A stretch of DNA of 64,000 bases, from assembly GCA_963725355.1 (NCBI GenBank), contig CAVRYE010000012.1, positions 457,528 through 521,527 on the forward strand, given 5' to 3'. Shown piece after piece: positions 21,920 through 31,710 of the stretch. The DNA comes from an uncultured Acidimicrobiaceae bacterium (GTDB taxonomy: Bacteria > Actinomycetota > Acidimicrobiia > Acidimicrobiales > Bog-793). Below the pieces are notes generated by a model. It saw nothing but the letters and a program-made list of their open reading frames with translations. It searched no databases and had not been told where the DNA came from. Each line of letters opens with the position of its first letter. The first letter of the stretch is position 1. The position numbers and the translations under genes were made by a program.

Positions 21920-22507
21920 TTATTTGGAGGCGGCCTTCATGGCTCGCTTGTGCTCGCGAACGGCTATGAGCGCAGCGGGACTGTCGATATCGGCTACCGA
22001 AGCAAGCGAACCGGCTTCGCCAAAGGCCCCCGCAGCACTTTCCCATCCCTTGGGACGGACCCCGAGTTGCTTTGCCAGCAAGGCAACAAAGATTCGGGCC
22101 TTCTGTTCCCCAAAGCCTGGCAGTGCTTTCACTCTTTTGAATAGTTCGGCGCCCGTTGCGGCACCTGTCCATACAGCTGCTGCATTGCCGCCGTACTCCT
22201 GCACGAGCAAACGACAAAGCTCCTGCACACGCGCAGCCATGGATCCAGGGAAGCGGTGGAGTGCCGGCCGCTCGACGAACAGCGCCGTGAGCTCATCTGG
22301 GTTCATGGCGGCGATCTCCGCGGCGTCGAGGTCCTTGCCGAGTCTTTGGCGTAGTACCCAGGGACCGGAGAAAGCTTTCTCGAGGGGCACCTGCTGGTCG
22401 AGGACCATGCCGATCAGTAGAGCTAGTGGGTCGTCGACGAGGTATCTATCTGCGTCGGGATCCCCGGTGAAAGGAAGGCTCTTGGCAGTCTTAGGTGCTC
22501 GCGGCAT
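21920..22507 (-). CDS. HhH-GPD-type base excision DNA repair protein (actinobacterial family)
   Basis: PLALLIGMVLDQQVPLEKAF, PALHRFPGSMA, LPGFGEQKARIF, SVADI. Confidence 0.85.
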   Translation of the reverse strand: MPRAPKTAKSLPFTGDPDADRYLVDDPLALLIGMVLDQQVPLEKAFSGPWVLRQRLGKDLDAAEIAAMNPDELTALFVERPALHRFPGSMAARVQELCRLLVQEYGGNAAAVWTGAATGAELFKRVKALPGFGEQKARIFVALLAKQLGVRPKGWESAAGAFGEAGSLASVADIDSPAALIAVREHKRAMKAASK

Positions 22508-22724
22508 CCAAGAAGTGTACGGCGGCTGTATTCGGCTCTTGTCGCCTCGCCTCGCCTGGCGGCGGGTGTGGGTGGGCGCATTGATGCTTGGAGTCGCTTC
22601 AGCGAGGCACACAGTTCTCAGACCTGCCGTTCCACTCGCCCCATAACGAGACAGCCGAAGTCACAAAGCACCGCGGCCGCGCCACGACAACAGCTCTTAG
22701 CGGGGCTATCTGGTACCGGCCGGC

Positions 22725-25520
22725 TCAAGCCAGGCGAGGATCCACCGCCTCGGGGTTGATCCCGTACTTCTCGATGGCGGCGGCGACCTCGCTCGGCTTG
22801 CCTTCACCGATGGCCGCGAGCTCGGCGAGGACGGCGACGACGATATGAGCCGCGTCGACCTCGAAATGTCTGCGCAGGGCGGCGCGGGTGTCGGAACGAC
22901 CGAAGCCGTCGGTCCCAAGCGGAGCAAAGGGCGCTTCGACGAAACGGGCGATCTGGTCCGGGACCGCCTTTAGGAAGTCCGTCACCGCCACGATTGGGCC
23001 TGAGGCGTCCGCGAGAGCCCGCGTCACATACGGCACCCTCGGGGCTTTGCCTGGGTGGAGGCGGTTCCAACGCTCGACCTCGAGGCCGTCCTCGCGCAGC
23101 GCCTTGTAGCTCGTGACCGACCACGCCTCGGTCGACACACCCCAGTCCGATGCCAGGAGCTCCCGGGCGTGCATGGCCGCCTGCCAGGCGGGGCCGGAGA
23201 ACAGGATCGTGGCTGAACGGCTCGTGCCGGCCGGAGTCTCGACGACACCTCCAGCCTCGCCGGCGACCGAGCCCTCGGCCACGGCCGGGGCAGGTCCGGC
23301 GAAGCGGTAGATGCCGCGGAGGATCTTTTCTTTCAGGGCCTTGGCGGACTCGGCCTGTTCTGCCTCGTCGCCACCTGACACCGGGAACGGCGGCATCTCG
23401 TAGTTCTCGTTGTAGAGCGTCAGGTAGTAGATGCAGTCCTCGGCCTTCGGGCCGTACATGTGCTCGATGCCACGCTCGACGATGGTGGCCATCTCATAGG
23501 CGAAGGCCGGGTCGTAGGCGTGCACCGTGGGCACAACCGAGGCGAGCAGGTGCGACTGGCCGTCCTCGTGCTGGAGGCCTTCGCCGCTCATAGTCGTCCG
23601 CCCCGCCGTGCAGCCCATCAAAAAGCCCCTCGCCCGGGCGTCGGCCGATTGCCAGATGAGGTCACCTATGCGCTGGAAGCCGAACATCGAATAGAACAGA
23701 TAGATCGGCAGCATCGGCGTGGACCAGGTCGCATAAGCGGTCCCAGCCGCCTGGAAGCTTGCCATGGCGCCCGCCTCGGTGATGCCCTCTTCGAGGATCT
23801 GGCCCGAGCTGTCCTCTGCGTAGGAGAGGAGCAGGCCGGCGTCCACGGGGGTGTAGAGCTGGCCCTCGGGGGCGTAGATCTTGACCTCTGTGAAGAGGGC
23901 GTCGAGCCCGAAGGTGCGGCCCTCGTCCGGCACGATCGGGACGACGTACTTGCCGATGGCCGGGTCACGCAGCAAGTTGCGCAGCAATCTCGCGAAGGCC
24001 ATGGTCGTGGACACCGCCTGTCCGCGCGAGCCGAGAGTGAATTCGGTGAAAGCCTCCGGCGCTGGCGCCGGCAGTCCTGTAACACCACGACCACGAACCA
24101 CGCGGTGGGGCAGGTGGCCGCCCTGCGCCCGGCCGCGCGACTTCAGGTACTCCTGCACAGGCGAGCCGACGGGCGGGCGGTAGTAGGGGGGCTCCTCACT
24201 GTCGAGAGCCGCGTCGGGGATCTCGTCTTGCAGGCTCAGGCGCTCGCGGAGGACCCGTAGCTGCTCGCGAGACATCTTCTTGATCTGGTGGGTGGCGTTG
24301 CGCGCCTCGATGCCGGTGCCGAGGGTCCAGCCCTTGATCGTCTTGGCGAGGATCGCCGTGGGCGCTCCGACCTGCTCGGTGGCCGTCTTGTAGGCGGCGT
24401 AGAGCTTGCGGTAGTCGTGCCCGCCGCGGGGCAAGGTCTGGAGCTCCTCGTCCGACAGGTGCTCTACGAGCTTTCGCAGGCGTGGGTCCGGGCCGAAGAA
24501 GTGCTCACGAATGTAGGCGCCCGACTCGGTAGCGAGAGTCTGGAAGTCCCCGTCGAGGGTCGTGTTCATCTTGTTGACGAGCACGCCGTCGACGTCGCGG
24601 GCCAAGAGCTCGTCCCAGCGCCTGCCCCAGATGACCTTGATCACGTTCCAGCCGCAGCCCCGCAGCAATGCCTCGAGCTCCTGGATGATCTTTCCGTTGC
24701 CACGCACGGGACCGTCGAGGCGCTGCAGGTTGCAACTGACGACGAAGGTGAGGTTGTCGAGGCGCTCTCGTGCGGCGAGGCTGAGCGCGGCCCGCGTCTC
24801 GGGCTCGTCGAACTCTCCGTCGCCGACAAAGCACCACACGCGAGAGCCGCTCGTGTCGGTGAGCTGGCGGTTTAGCAGGTAGCGATTGAAGCGTGCCTGG
24901 TAGATGGCCGAAAGCGGTCCGAGTCCCATCGAGACCGTTGGGAACTCCCAAAGGTCGGGCATAAGACGCGGGTGCGGGTAGCTGGACAGGCCATGGCCGC
25001 CGACCTCGAAACGGAAGTTGTCCAGGTTCTTGTCCCCGAGCCTTCCTTCGACATAGGCGCGGGCGTAGATGCCGGGAGAAGCGTGACCTTGGAAGTAGAC
25101 CTGGTCGCCCGGGGTTCCGTTGTCCTTGCCGCGGAAGAAGTGGTTGAAGCCGACCTCGTACAAAGAAGCGGAGCTCGCGTAGGTGGAAAGGTGGCCCCCG
25201 ATGCCGGAGTCACGCATGTTCGCCCGGGTGACCATGACGGCTGCGTTCCAGCGTATGTAGCGACGGATGCGGCGTTCGAGATCCTCATCGCCGGGGAACC
25301 AAGGCTCTGACGCAGCCGGGATCGAGTTGACGTACGGGGTGGAGACCGTCGCAGGAAAGCCGACCTGGCTCGCTCTCGCCCGCTCGAGCAACTTCATCAA
25401 AAGGAACTGGGCGCGGGGTCGCCCCTCTGTCTCTACGACGGCGTCGAAGGAGTCCAGCCACTCGGCCGTCTCCTGCGGGTCGATGTCGGGTACCTGGTGG
25501 GAGAAGCCATCGATGATCAC
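22725..25520 (-). CDS. aceE: Pyruvate dehydrogenase E1, homodimeric type
   Basis: DIDPQETAEW, GGHLSTYAS, SYPHP, PTVSMGLGP, GDGEFDEPE, NLQRLDGPVRGNG, GEGLQHEDG, LGTDGFGRSD. Confidence 0.97.
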   Translation of the reverse strand: MIIDGFSHQVPDIDPQETAEWLDSFDAVVETEGRPRAQFLLMKLLERARASQVGFPATVSTPYVNSIPAASEPWFPGDEDLERRIRRYIRWNAAVMVTRANMRDSGIGGHLSTYASSASLYEVGFNHFFRGKDNGTPGDQVYFQGHASPGIYARAYVEGRLGDKNLDNFRFEVGGHGLSSYPHPRLMPDLWEFPTVSMGLGPLSAIYQARFNRYLLNRQLTDTSGSRVWCFVGDGEFDEPETRAALSLAARERLDNLTFVVSCNLQRLDGPVRGNGKIIQELEALLRGCGWNVIKVIWGRRWDELLARDVDGVLVNKMNTTLDGDFQTLATESGAYIREHFFGPDPRLRKLVEHLSDEELQTLPRGGHDYRKLYAAYKTATEQVGAPTAILAKTIKGWTLGTGIEARNATHQIKKMSREQLRVLRERLSLQDEIPDAALDSEEPPYYRPPVGSPVQEYLKSRGRAQGGHLPHRVVRGRGVTGLPAPAPEAFTEFTLGSRGQAVSTTMAFARLLRNLLRDPAIGKYVVPIVPDEGRTFGLDALFTEVKIYAPEGQLYTPVDAGLLLSYAEDSSGQILEEGITEAGAMASFQAAGTAYATWSTPMLPIYLFYSMFGFQRIGDLIWQSADARARGFLMGCTAGRTTMSGEGLQHEDGQSHLLASVVPTVHAYDPAFAYEMATIVERGIEHMYGPKAEDCIYYLTLYNENYEMPPFPVSGGDEAEQAESAKALKEKILRGIYRFAGPAPAVAEGSVAGEAGGVVETPAGTSRSATILFSGPAWQAAMHARELLASDWGVSTEAWSVTSYKALREDGLEVERWNRLHPGKAPRVPYVTRALADASGPIVAVTDFLKAVPDQIARFVEAPFAPLGTDGFGRSDTRAALRRHFEVDAAHIVVAVLAELAAIGEGKPSEVAAAIEKYGINPEAVDPRLA

Positions 25521-25641
25521 GCCCCCAGTCTCGCGCCCGTTGCCACTCCATCCGACCGCGCCGGTGCCACCGAGCACGCTGCGTGGTCGGGCGACGCACT
25601 CGGTAAGCGCACCGCCGAGCTCAACCAGGCAGACTGACCCG

Positions 25642-26106
25642 GTGACACTTTTCGAGAAACCGCCCGGCACCGTCGTGTTCACCGATGGAGCGTGCATCGG
25701 CAATCCCGGCCCGGGCGGGTGGGCCTGGGCAGTTTCCGACGAGGAGTACGAGAGCGGCCACGCCGAGCAGACGACCAACCAGCGCATGGAGGTGACAGCG
25801 GTCCTCCAGGCGCTCTCGGCCATCTCGGGCAACGTCCACGTCGTGAGCGACTCGACCTATGTCGTCAACTGCTTCCGCCAGAAGTGGTGGGCGGGGTGGC
25901 GGGCACGCGGGTGGAGGAACTCGCGAGGTGAGCCTGTGGCCAACCAGGACCTGTGGCGCCCGCTCGTCGAGGAGGTGATCGACCGCAGGGCTGGTGAGGT
26001 GAAGCTGAGCTGGGTCAAGGGGCATTCGGGCGATCCCATGAACGAGCTCGTCGACCGCCTCGCTGTCGCGGCCGCCCGTCTGCAGCGCGGAGCCCACGCC
26101 GGCTGA
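25642..26106 (+). CDS. rnhA: Ribonuclease HI
   Basis: FTDGACIGNPGPGGW, TTNQRME, SDSTYV, WVKGHSG, NELVDRLA. Confidence 0.93.
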   Translation: MTLFEKPPGTVVFTDGACIGNPGPGGWAWAVSDEEYESGHAEQTTNQRMEVTAVLQALSAISGNVHVVSDSTYVVNCFRQKWWAGWRARGWRNSRGEPVANQDLWRPLVEEVIDRRAGEVKLSWVKGHSGDPMNELVDRLAVAAARLQRGAHAG

Positions 26107-26252
26107 GGCCAGAGTCGGGCTCCGGCACCTCATGTGAGTCGGTCATCGTGGCGGTCGGGCGTCGCTCTTAAATGTCCCAAGAAGGCGTCGGCGCCGGGAG
26201 TGCGCGGTCGGTCTAGGGTCGTGCGCGAACGCGCCACGGCCGCGGGCTCGAG

Positions 26253-27254
26253 ATGCCGATAGTGTCGGTCATGATGCGATATCTAGAGATCAGTGGCGAG
26301 CGGGTGTCGGTCGTCGGCCTCGGCACCTGGCAGTTCGGCTCGCGAGAATGGGGCTACGGCTCGCACTATGCCGAGCACGACGCCGTCGACATTCTTGAGC
26401 ATGCCCTGGACTTGGGCGTCAACTTGATCGACACGGCCGAGGCTTACGGCTTTGGTCGATCCGAGCGCATCGTCGCGCGCGCCATCTCCGGCCGGCGTAA
26501 GGAGGCGTTCGTCGCCACGAAGCTCTTTCCGCTGCTGCCCGTGCAGGCGGTCGTCGCCCGCCGTGCCGCAGGCAGTGCCCGCCGCCTCGGGATCTCCCAG
26601 ATCGACCTCTACCAGATCCACCAACCGAACCCGCTCGTTCCGATCAGCGAGCAGATGGCGGCGATGCGCAACCTGCAGCGAAGCGGTGTCATCCGCCAGA
26701 TCGGCGTGAGCAACTACACCCTCGAGCGCTGGCAGGCAGCCGAAGGTGCTCTCGGGGGCCCGGTCTTTTCCAACCAGGTCCGCTTCAACCTTGTCGATCG
26801 TCGGCCGCTTCAAGGCATGACCGAATGGGCCAAGGCGAACGACCGCCTGGTTATCGCCTACAGCCCGCTCGCCCAGGGCCTTCTCTCGGGTCGTTATGAC
26901 GCCGAGCACCGCCCGACCGCCATGCGGGCCGTCTCACCCGCCTTTCTTCCCGAGAACCTCGAGAGGGCCCGCCTTCTCCTCGGGACGCTTCGTGACATCG
27001 CCTCGGCTCACGAAGCAACCTCTGCTCAGGTCGCCCTAGCGTGGGTGATCAGTCATCCCAACGTCGTCGCGATCCCGGGGGCGAGCACAGTCGCACAGTT
27101 GCAGCACAACGCCGAGGCGGCCGATCTCGAGCTAAGTGCAGAGCAAGTTCACCGGCTAAACGACGCTGCCGAGGCGTTCCACCCCATCTCGGGGGTCGCG
27201 GCAGTGTCCCCACTCGTGCGGAGTTGGGCCGCGGGCCTGCGGCACAAGTCCTAG
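26253..27254 (+). CDS. Aldo/keto reductase
   Basis: GLGTWQFG, IDTAEAYG, ATK, IDLYQIH, IGVSN, AYSPLAQG, IPG. Confidence 0.92.
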   Translation: MPIVSVMMRYLEISGERVSVVGLGTWQFGSREWGYGSHYAEHDAVDILEHALDLGVNLIDTAEAYGFGRSERIVARAISGRRKEAFVATKLFPLLPVQAVVARRAAGSARRLGISQIDLYQIHQPNPLVPISEQMAAMRNLQRSGVIRQIGVSNYTLERWQAAEGALGGPVFSNQVRFNLVDRRPLQGMTEWAKANDRLVIAYSPLAQGLLSGRYDAEHRPTAMRAVSPAFLPENLERARLLLGTLRDIASAHEATSAQVALAWVISHPNVVAIPGASTVAQLQHNAEAADLELSAEQVHRLNDAAEAFHPISGVAAVSPLVRSWAAGLRHKS

Positions 27255-27285
27255 TGGCGCCCGGCCGCGCGTCGCGGGGGACGGC

Positions 27286-28719
27286 GTGGACGAAGAGCTG
27301 ACTTGGGCGGACGCCACCTCGCAGGCCCATCTCGTACGCTCCGGCCAGGTCTCACCGCTCGAGCTTGTCGAGGCGGCCATCGAGCGCATCGAACGGTGCA
27401 ACCCGACACTCAACGCCGTCATCCACCGTCGTTTTGCCGCCGCCAGCGAAGAGGCATCCGCCGAGCTGCCTGACGGGGCATTCCGGGGCGTGCCGATCCT
27501 TTTGAAGGACCTGGGCGCCCCGCAGGCGGGGGAGCCCTACTGCGAAGGCACCGGCTTTGCCAAGGCCGCCGGGCACCGTGCGACGCGGGACAGCTATCTC
27601 GTGCAAAGGCTCAAGAAGGCGGGCTTTGTCATCCTTGGCCGGACCAACACCCCCGAGCTCGGAACCGCCATCACGACTGAGCCTGTCGCCTTCGGCCCGA
27701 CGCGTAACCCCTGGGACACCGCGTACTCGAGCGGGGGGTCCTCGGGAGGCTCGGCTGCTGCGGTCGCCTCTGGCATGGTCCCGCTAGCGCACGGCAACGA
27801 CGGAGGTGGCTCGATCCGCATCCCCGCCAGCTGTTGCGGGCTTTTCGGGCTGAAGCCGAGCCGCGGCCGGGTGAGCAAGGGGCCTGCCGCAACAGAGTCG
27901 TGGAATGGCCTCTCGGTCGATCACGTGCTCGCACGATCGGTTCGTGACTCGGCTGGGGTTCTTGACCAGATCGCGGGATACCGGCCGGGCGACACCTTCG
28001 TCGCCCCACCGCCGGAGCGCCCCTTCGCCAAGGAGGTGGGCGCGGACCCGGGGAGGCTTCGCATTGGGCTGCTCGATCGCGCCACCCGCGACGACTATGT
28101 GGTCGACCCCGAGTGCTCCGAGGCCGTCCTCGCCACTGGCAGGCTGCTCGAGTCGCTCGGCCACAGCGTCGAGCTGGCCCATCCTGCCTCGCTCGGCGAA
28201 GCGGACTACCAGCGCCACTTCCTAGTCGTCGTCTCTGCCGCAGTCGCCACGGCGCTTGTTCAGTGGTCGGCCGCCCTCGGGCGGGAGATTTCCGCCGAGG
28301 AGTACGAGCCGCGCAACAGACTGCTCAGTGAGATGGGTCGCGCCAGTTCTGCTCCTGACTACGTCGAGTCGGTCCTCTGGCTCGAGGGCTTCAGGCGAAG
28401 GACCGCCTCGTTTTGGTCCCAACAGGGATTCGACCTGCTTTGCACCCCGGTTCTCGCGCTCCCCCCGGCGCGCCTCGGCGAGCTATCCGACCCGGTCGAG
28501 GGCGACCGCCGCGAGCTCGAGACGCTCCGTTTCACGGGCCAGTTCAACGTGAGCGGCCAGCCGGCGGCATCGCTGCCCATGCACGTCGGGACAGACGGCC
28601 TGCCAATCGGGGTCCAGCTCGTGGCTGACTATGGCCGCGAGGACCTTCTCATCCGAGTAGCCAGCCAGCTTGAGCACGCCCGGCCGTGGGTGGACAAGCA
28701 CCCACCGCTTCACGCCTGA
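27286..28719 (+). CDS. Amidase-signature family amidase
   Basis: GVPILLKD, GGSSGGSAAAVA, DGGGSIRIPASCCG, GLPIGVQ. Confidence 0.93.
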   Translation: MDEELTWADATSQAHLVRSGQVSPLELVEAAIERIERCNPTLNAVIHRRFAAASEEASAELPDGAFRGVPILLKDLGAPQAGEPYCEGTGFAKAAGHRATRDSYLVQRLKKAGFVILGRTNTPELGTAITTEPVAFGPTRNPWDTAYSSGGSSGGSAAAVASGMVPLAHGNDGGGSIRIPASCCGLFGLKPSRGRVSKGPAATESWNGLSVDHVLARSVRDSAGVLDQIAGYRPGDTFVAPPPERPFAKEVGADPGRLRIGLLDRATRDDYVVDPECSEAVLATGRLLESLGHSVELAHPASLGEADYQRHFLVVVSAAVATALVQWSAALGREISAEEYEPRNRLLSEMGRASSAPDYVESVLWLEGFRRRTASFWSQQGFDLLCTPVLALPPARLGELSDPVEGDRRELETLRFTGQFNVSGQPAASLPMHVGTDGLPIGVQLVADYGREDLLIRVASQLEHARPWVDKHPPLHA

Positions 28720-28796
28720 AGCCGGCAGCGAAACCGATTCCCAGCAGGCCGTTTCCCCTTACGGCGGGTCGAGACGGCTAATCTTTCCCCGAATCG

Positions 28797-29711
28797 ATGG
28801 CCTACCGTCTCTCTCACCTCGACACCCTCGCGTCCGAGGCGATCCACATAATCCGCGAGGTGGTCGCCGAATTCGAGCGTCCCGCACTTCTCTTCTCAGG
28901 GGGAAAGGACTCCGCTGTCCTTCTCCACCTGGCCGCGAAGGCGTCCGCGCCCGAGCGCGTCCCGTTCCCGGTCGTGCACGTCGACACCGGGCACAACTTT
29001 CCTGAGGTTCTCGACTACCGCGACCGTCAGGTGGAAAAGCTCGCCGTCCGGCTCGTTGTCGGCTCGGTGCAAGAGGACATAGACCGAGGCTCCATCGTCG
29101 AGCAGCCCGTCCCGGGCGCGACCCGCAACAGGCTCCAGACCTTCACCTTGCTGAGGGTGCTCGAGGAAGGCCGCTACGACGCCGTCTTCGGCGGGGGGCG
29201 GCGTGACGAGGAAAAGGCGCGGGCCAAAGAGCGCGTGTTCTCGCTTCGCGACGAGTTCGGCCAGTGGGACCCGAGGGCGCAGCGCCCCGAGCTCTGGAAC
29301 TTGTACAACACCAGGCACCACCCCGGCGAGCACTTCCGGGTGTTCCCCCTTTCGAACTGGACTGAGCTCGACATCTGGCAGTACATCGAGGATCAAGAAC
29401 TCGAGCTCCCTCCGATCTACTTCGCCCACCGCAGACTCGTCTTTCGCCGCACCGGCATGCTCCTTGCCGTCGGGCCGTGGACCAAGCCACGTGACGGCGT
29501 CGCCGGCGAGCAACCATTTGAGACGACGGTGCGTTACCGGACTGTCGGGGACATGACCTGCACAGCAGCCGTAGAGTCGACGGCCAAGACGCCGGCGGAG
29601 ATCATCGTCGAGACCTCGGTGACAAAGGTGAGCGAGCGGGGGGCGACGCGCGCCGACGACCGCTTCTCGGACGCCGCCATGGAGGACCGCAAGCGGGAGG
29701 GCTACTTCTAA
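28797..29711 (+). CDS. cysD: Sulfate adenylyltransferase subunit 2
   Basis: LFSGGKDS, DTGHNFPE, GGGRRDEEKARAKER, MEDRKREGYF. Confidence 0.97.
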   Translation: MAYRLSHLDTLASEAIHIIREVVAEFERPALLFSGGKDSAVLLHLAAKASAPERVPFPVVHVDTGHNFPEVLDYRDRQVEKLAVRLVVGSVQEDIDRGSIVEQPVPGATRNRLQTFTLLRVLEEGRYDAVFGGGRRDEEKARAKERVFSLRDEFGQWDPRAQRPELWNLYNTRHHPGEHFRVFPLSNWTELDIWQYIEDQELELPPIYFAHRRLVFRRTGMLLAVGPWTKPRDGVAGEQPFETTVRYRTVGDMTCTAAVESTAKTPAEIIVETSVTKVSERGATRADDRFSDAAMEDRKREGYF

Positions 29712-30964
29712 TGGAGCTGCTCCGCTTTGCGACGGGAGGATCGGTCGACGACGGCAAGTCCACCCTCATCGGTCGGCTCCTTTATGACACCAAGCAGATC
29801 TTCGAGGACCAGCTCGAGGCCGTAGAGCGCACGAGCTTGTCGCGAGGCGACGAGTACGTGAACCTCGCCCTGCTCACAGACGGGCTCAGGGCCGAGCGGG
29901 AACAAGGCATCACCATCGACGTCGCCTACCGCTATTTCTCCACTCCGAAGCGCCGCTTCATCATCGCCGACACTCCCGGTCACACCCAGCACACGCGGAA
30001 CATGGTCACGGGCTGTTCCACCTCTGACCTTGTCCTTTTGCTCATCGACGCCCGTGCCGGGGCCACCGAGCAGACGCGGCGCCATGCCACCATCGCTTCG
30101 CTCTTAGGCATCCACCACCTCGTGCTCTGCGTGAACAAGATGGACCTTGTCGACTACTCGAGAGCCCGTTTCGAGGAGATCCGCGAGGAGTTCACCGGCT
30201 TCGCGCAGCGCCTCGAGGTGCACGACCTCACCTGCATCCCGATCTCTGCCCTCACAGGAGACAACGTCGTCGAGCGCTCGACGCACATGTCCTGGTACGG
30301 CGGACCGTCCCTGCTCGACCACCTAGAGGGTGTCCACATCGGCTCGGACCGCAACCTGATCGACCTGAGGTTCCCCGTCCAGCTCGTGATCCGGCCCATC
30401 TCGAGCGAGCACCACGACTACCGCGGCTATGGCGGCATGGTCGCGAGCGGTGTGCTCGAGGTGGGCGACGAGGTCATCGTGCTCCCTTCGGGCTTCTCGA
30501 GCCGGGTGGCGAACATCGACGGGCCGGACGGGTCGTTGCAGGAGGCCTTCCCGCCCCAGTCGGTCGTCGTCAGGCTGGAAGACGACCTCGACATCTCTCG
30601 GGGCGACATGATCTGCCGGCGCAACAACAGGCCGAACGTGGGCCAAGACGTCTCGGCCATGGTCTGTTGGATGGCCGCCGAACCGCTGCGCGAGGGCTCG
30701 ATGTACGCCATCAAGCACACGACGCGCTGGGCGCGGGCCATGGTGCGCTCGCTCCAGTACCGCCTGGATGTCAACACCTTGCACCGAGACATGGAGGCGG
30801 GCGAGCTCCAGCTGAACGACATCGGCCGAATCCACCTGCGCACGACAACGCCGCTGCTGTTCGACGAATACCGTCACAACCGCCCTACGGGCAGCTTCGT
30901 CCTCGTGAACGAGCAGACAAACGCCACCGTCGCCGCGGGCATGCTGCTGCGCCCCCAGAACTGA
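29711..30964 (+). CDS. cysN: Sulfate adenylyltransferase subunit 1
   Basis: GSVDDGKST, AEREQGITIDVAYRYF, DTPGH, NKMD. Confidence 0.95.
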   Translation: MELLRFATGGSVDDGKSTLIGRLLYDTKQIFEDQLEAVERTSLSRGDEYVNLALLTDGLRAEREQGITIDVAYRYFSTPKRRFIIADTPGHTQHTRNMVTGCSTSDLVLLLIDARAGATEQTRRHATIASLLGIHHLVLCVNKMDLVDYSRARFEEIREEFTGFAQRLEVHDLTCIPISALTGDNVVERSTHMSWYGGPSLLDHLEGVHIGSDRNLIDLRFPVQLVIRPISSEHHDYRGYGGMVASGVLEVGDEVIVLPSGFSSRVANIDGPDGSLQEAFPPQSVVVRLEDDLDISRGDMICRRNNRPNVGQDVSAMVCWMAAEPLREGSMYAIKHTTRWARAMVRSLQYRLDVNTLHRDMEAGELQLNDIGRIHLRTTTPLLFDEYRHNRPTGSFVLVNEQTNATVAAGMLLRPQN

Positions 30965-30974
30965 GACCTTCGAC

Positions 30975-31539
30975 ATGGTCGAGCAGGACCCGCAGCTGAC
31001 ACTTGCCGGGGGCACGGTCTGGCTCACCGGGCTCCCGAGCGCCGGCAAGACGACGATCGCCCACGCCTTGGCCTTGGTCGTGTTGTCCCGGGTCGGAGTG
31101 CGCCCTTACGAGCTCGACGGCGACGACCTTCGCGAGGGTCTTGAACTCCGACCTCGGCTTCGCCGAGTCCGACAGGACCGAGAACGTTCGCCGTCTGGGC
31201 GAGGTTGCCCTCCTCCTTGCCCGGCTCGGGCACCTCTCGATCGTGAGCGCCATCAGCCCTTACGCCGAGAGCAGAAGGGCCGTCAGAATGCGCCATGCGG
31301 ACCTCGGCGTGAGGTTCCTCGAGGTCCATGTCGCGACGCCGCTCGCCCTTTGCGAGGCACGCGACCCCAAGGGGCTCTATCTGAGGGCCAGACGGGGCGA
31401 GCTCGAGTCCTTCACCGGGATCTCGGCTCCCTACGAGGTGCCGGAGTCGCCCGAGGTCTCGGTGGCCAATGAGGGGAGCCCTGAAGAGGCGGCCCTTGAG
31501 GTCTTCGCCGCCCTCGAAAGCTCCGGGCTCCTCGACTGA
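30975..31539 (+). CDS. cysC: Adenylyl-sulfate kinase (frameshift near 31140)
   Basis: WLTGLPSAGKTT, LDGD in frame 1; DLGF..DRTENVRR, ISPY, RDPKGLY, FTGISAPYE in frame 2. Confidence 0.88.
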
Positions 31540-31710
31540 GCAACTGTGGGCCGCATCGCACCTGCTCGAGCGCGCTCGACGCCACGACGGAACGGCCCAT
31601 GTCGGTGTGCAAAGGCTTTAGGCTGAGGCCGATAGCCCGCCGGGGCGACAGCGAGGTCGCGGGCCCGGCCAGCAGGTCACCTGAGGGCTGCAACGTCACG
31701 AAACTAGGAG

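Noticed and set aside
25521-25832. N-terminal extension of aceE to 1035 aa
   Set aside because: It overlaps divergent rnhA; homology begins at IIDGFSHQVPDIDP
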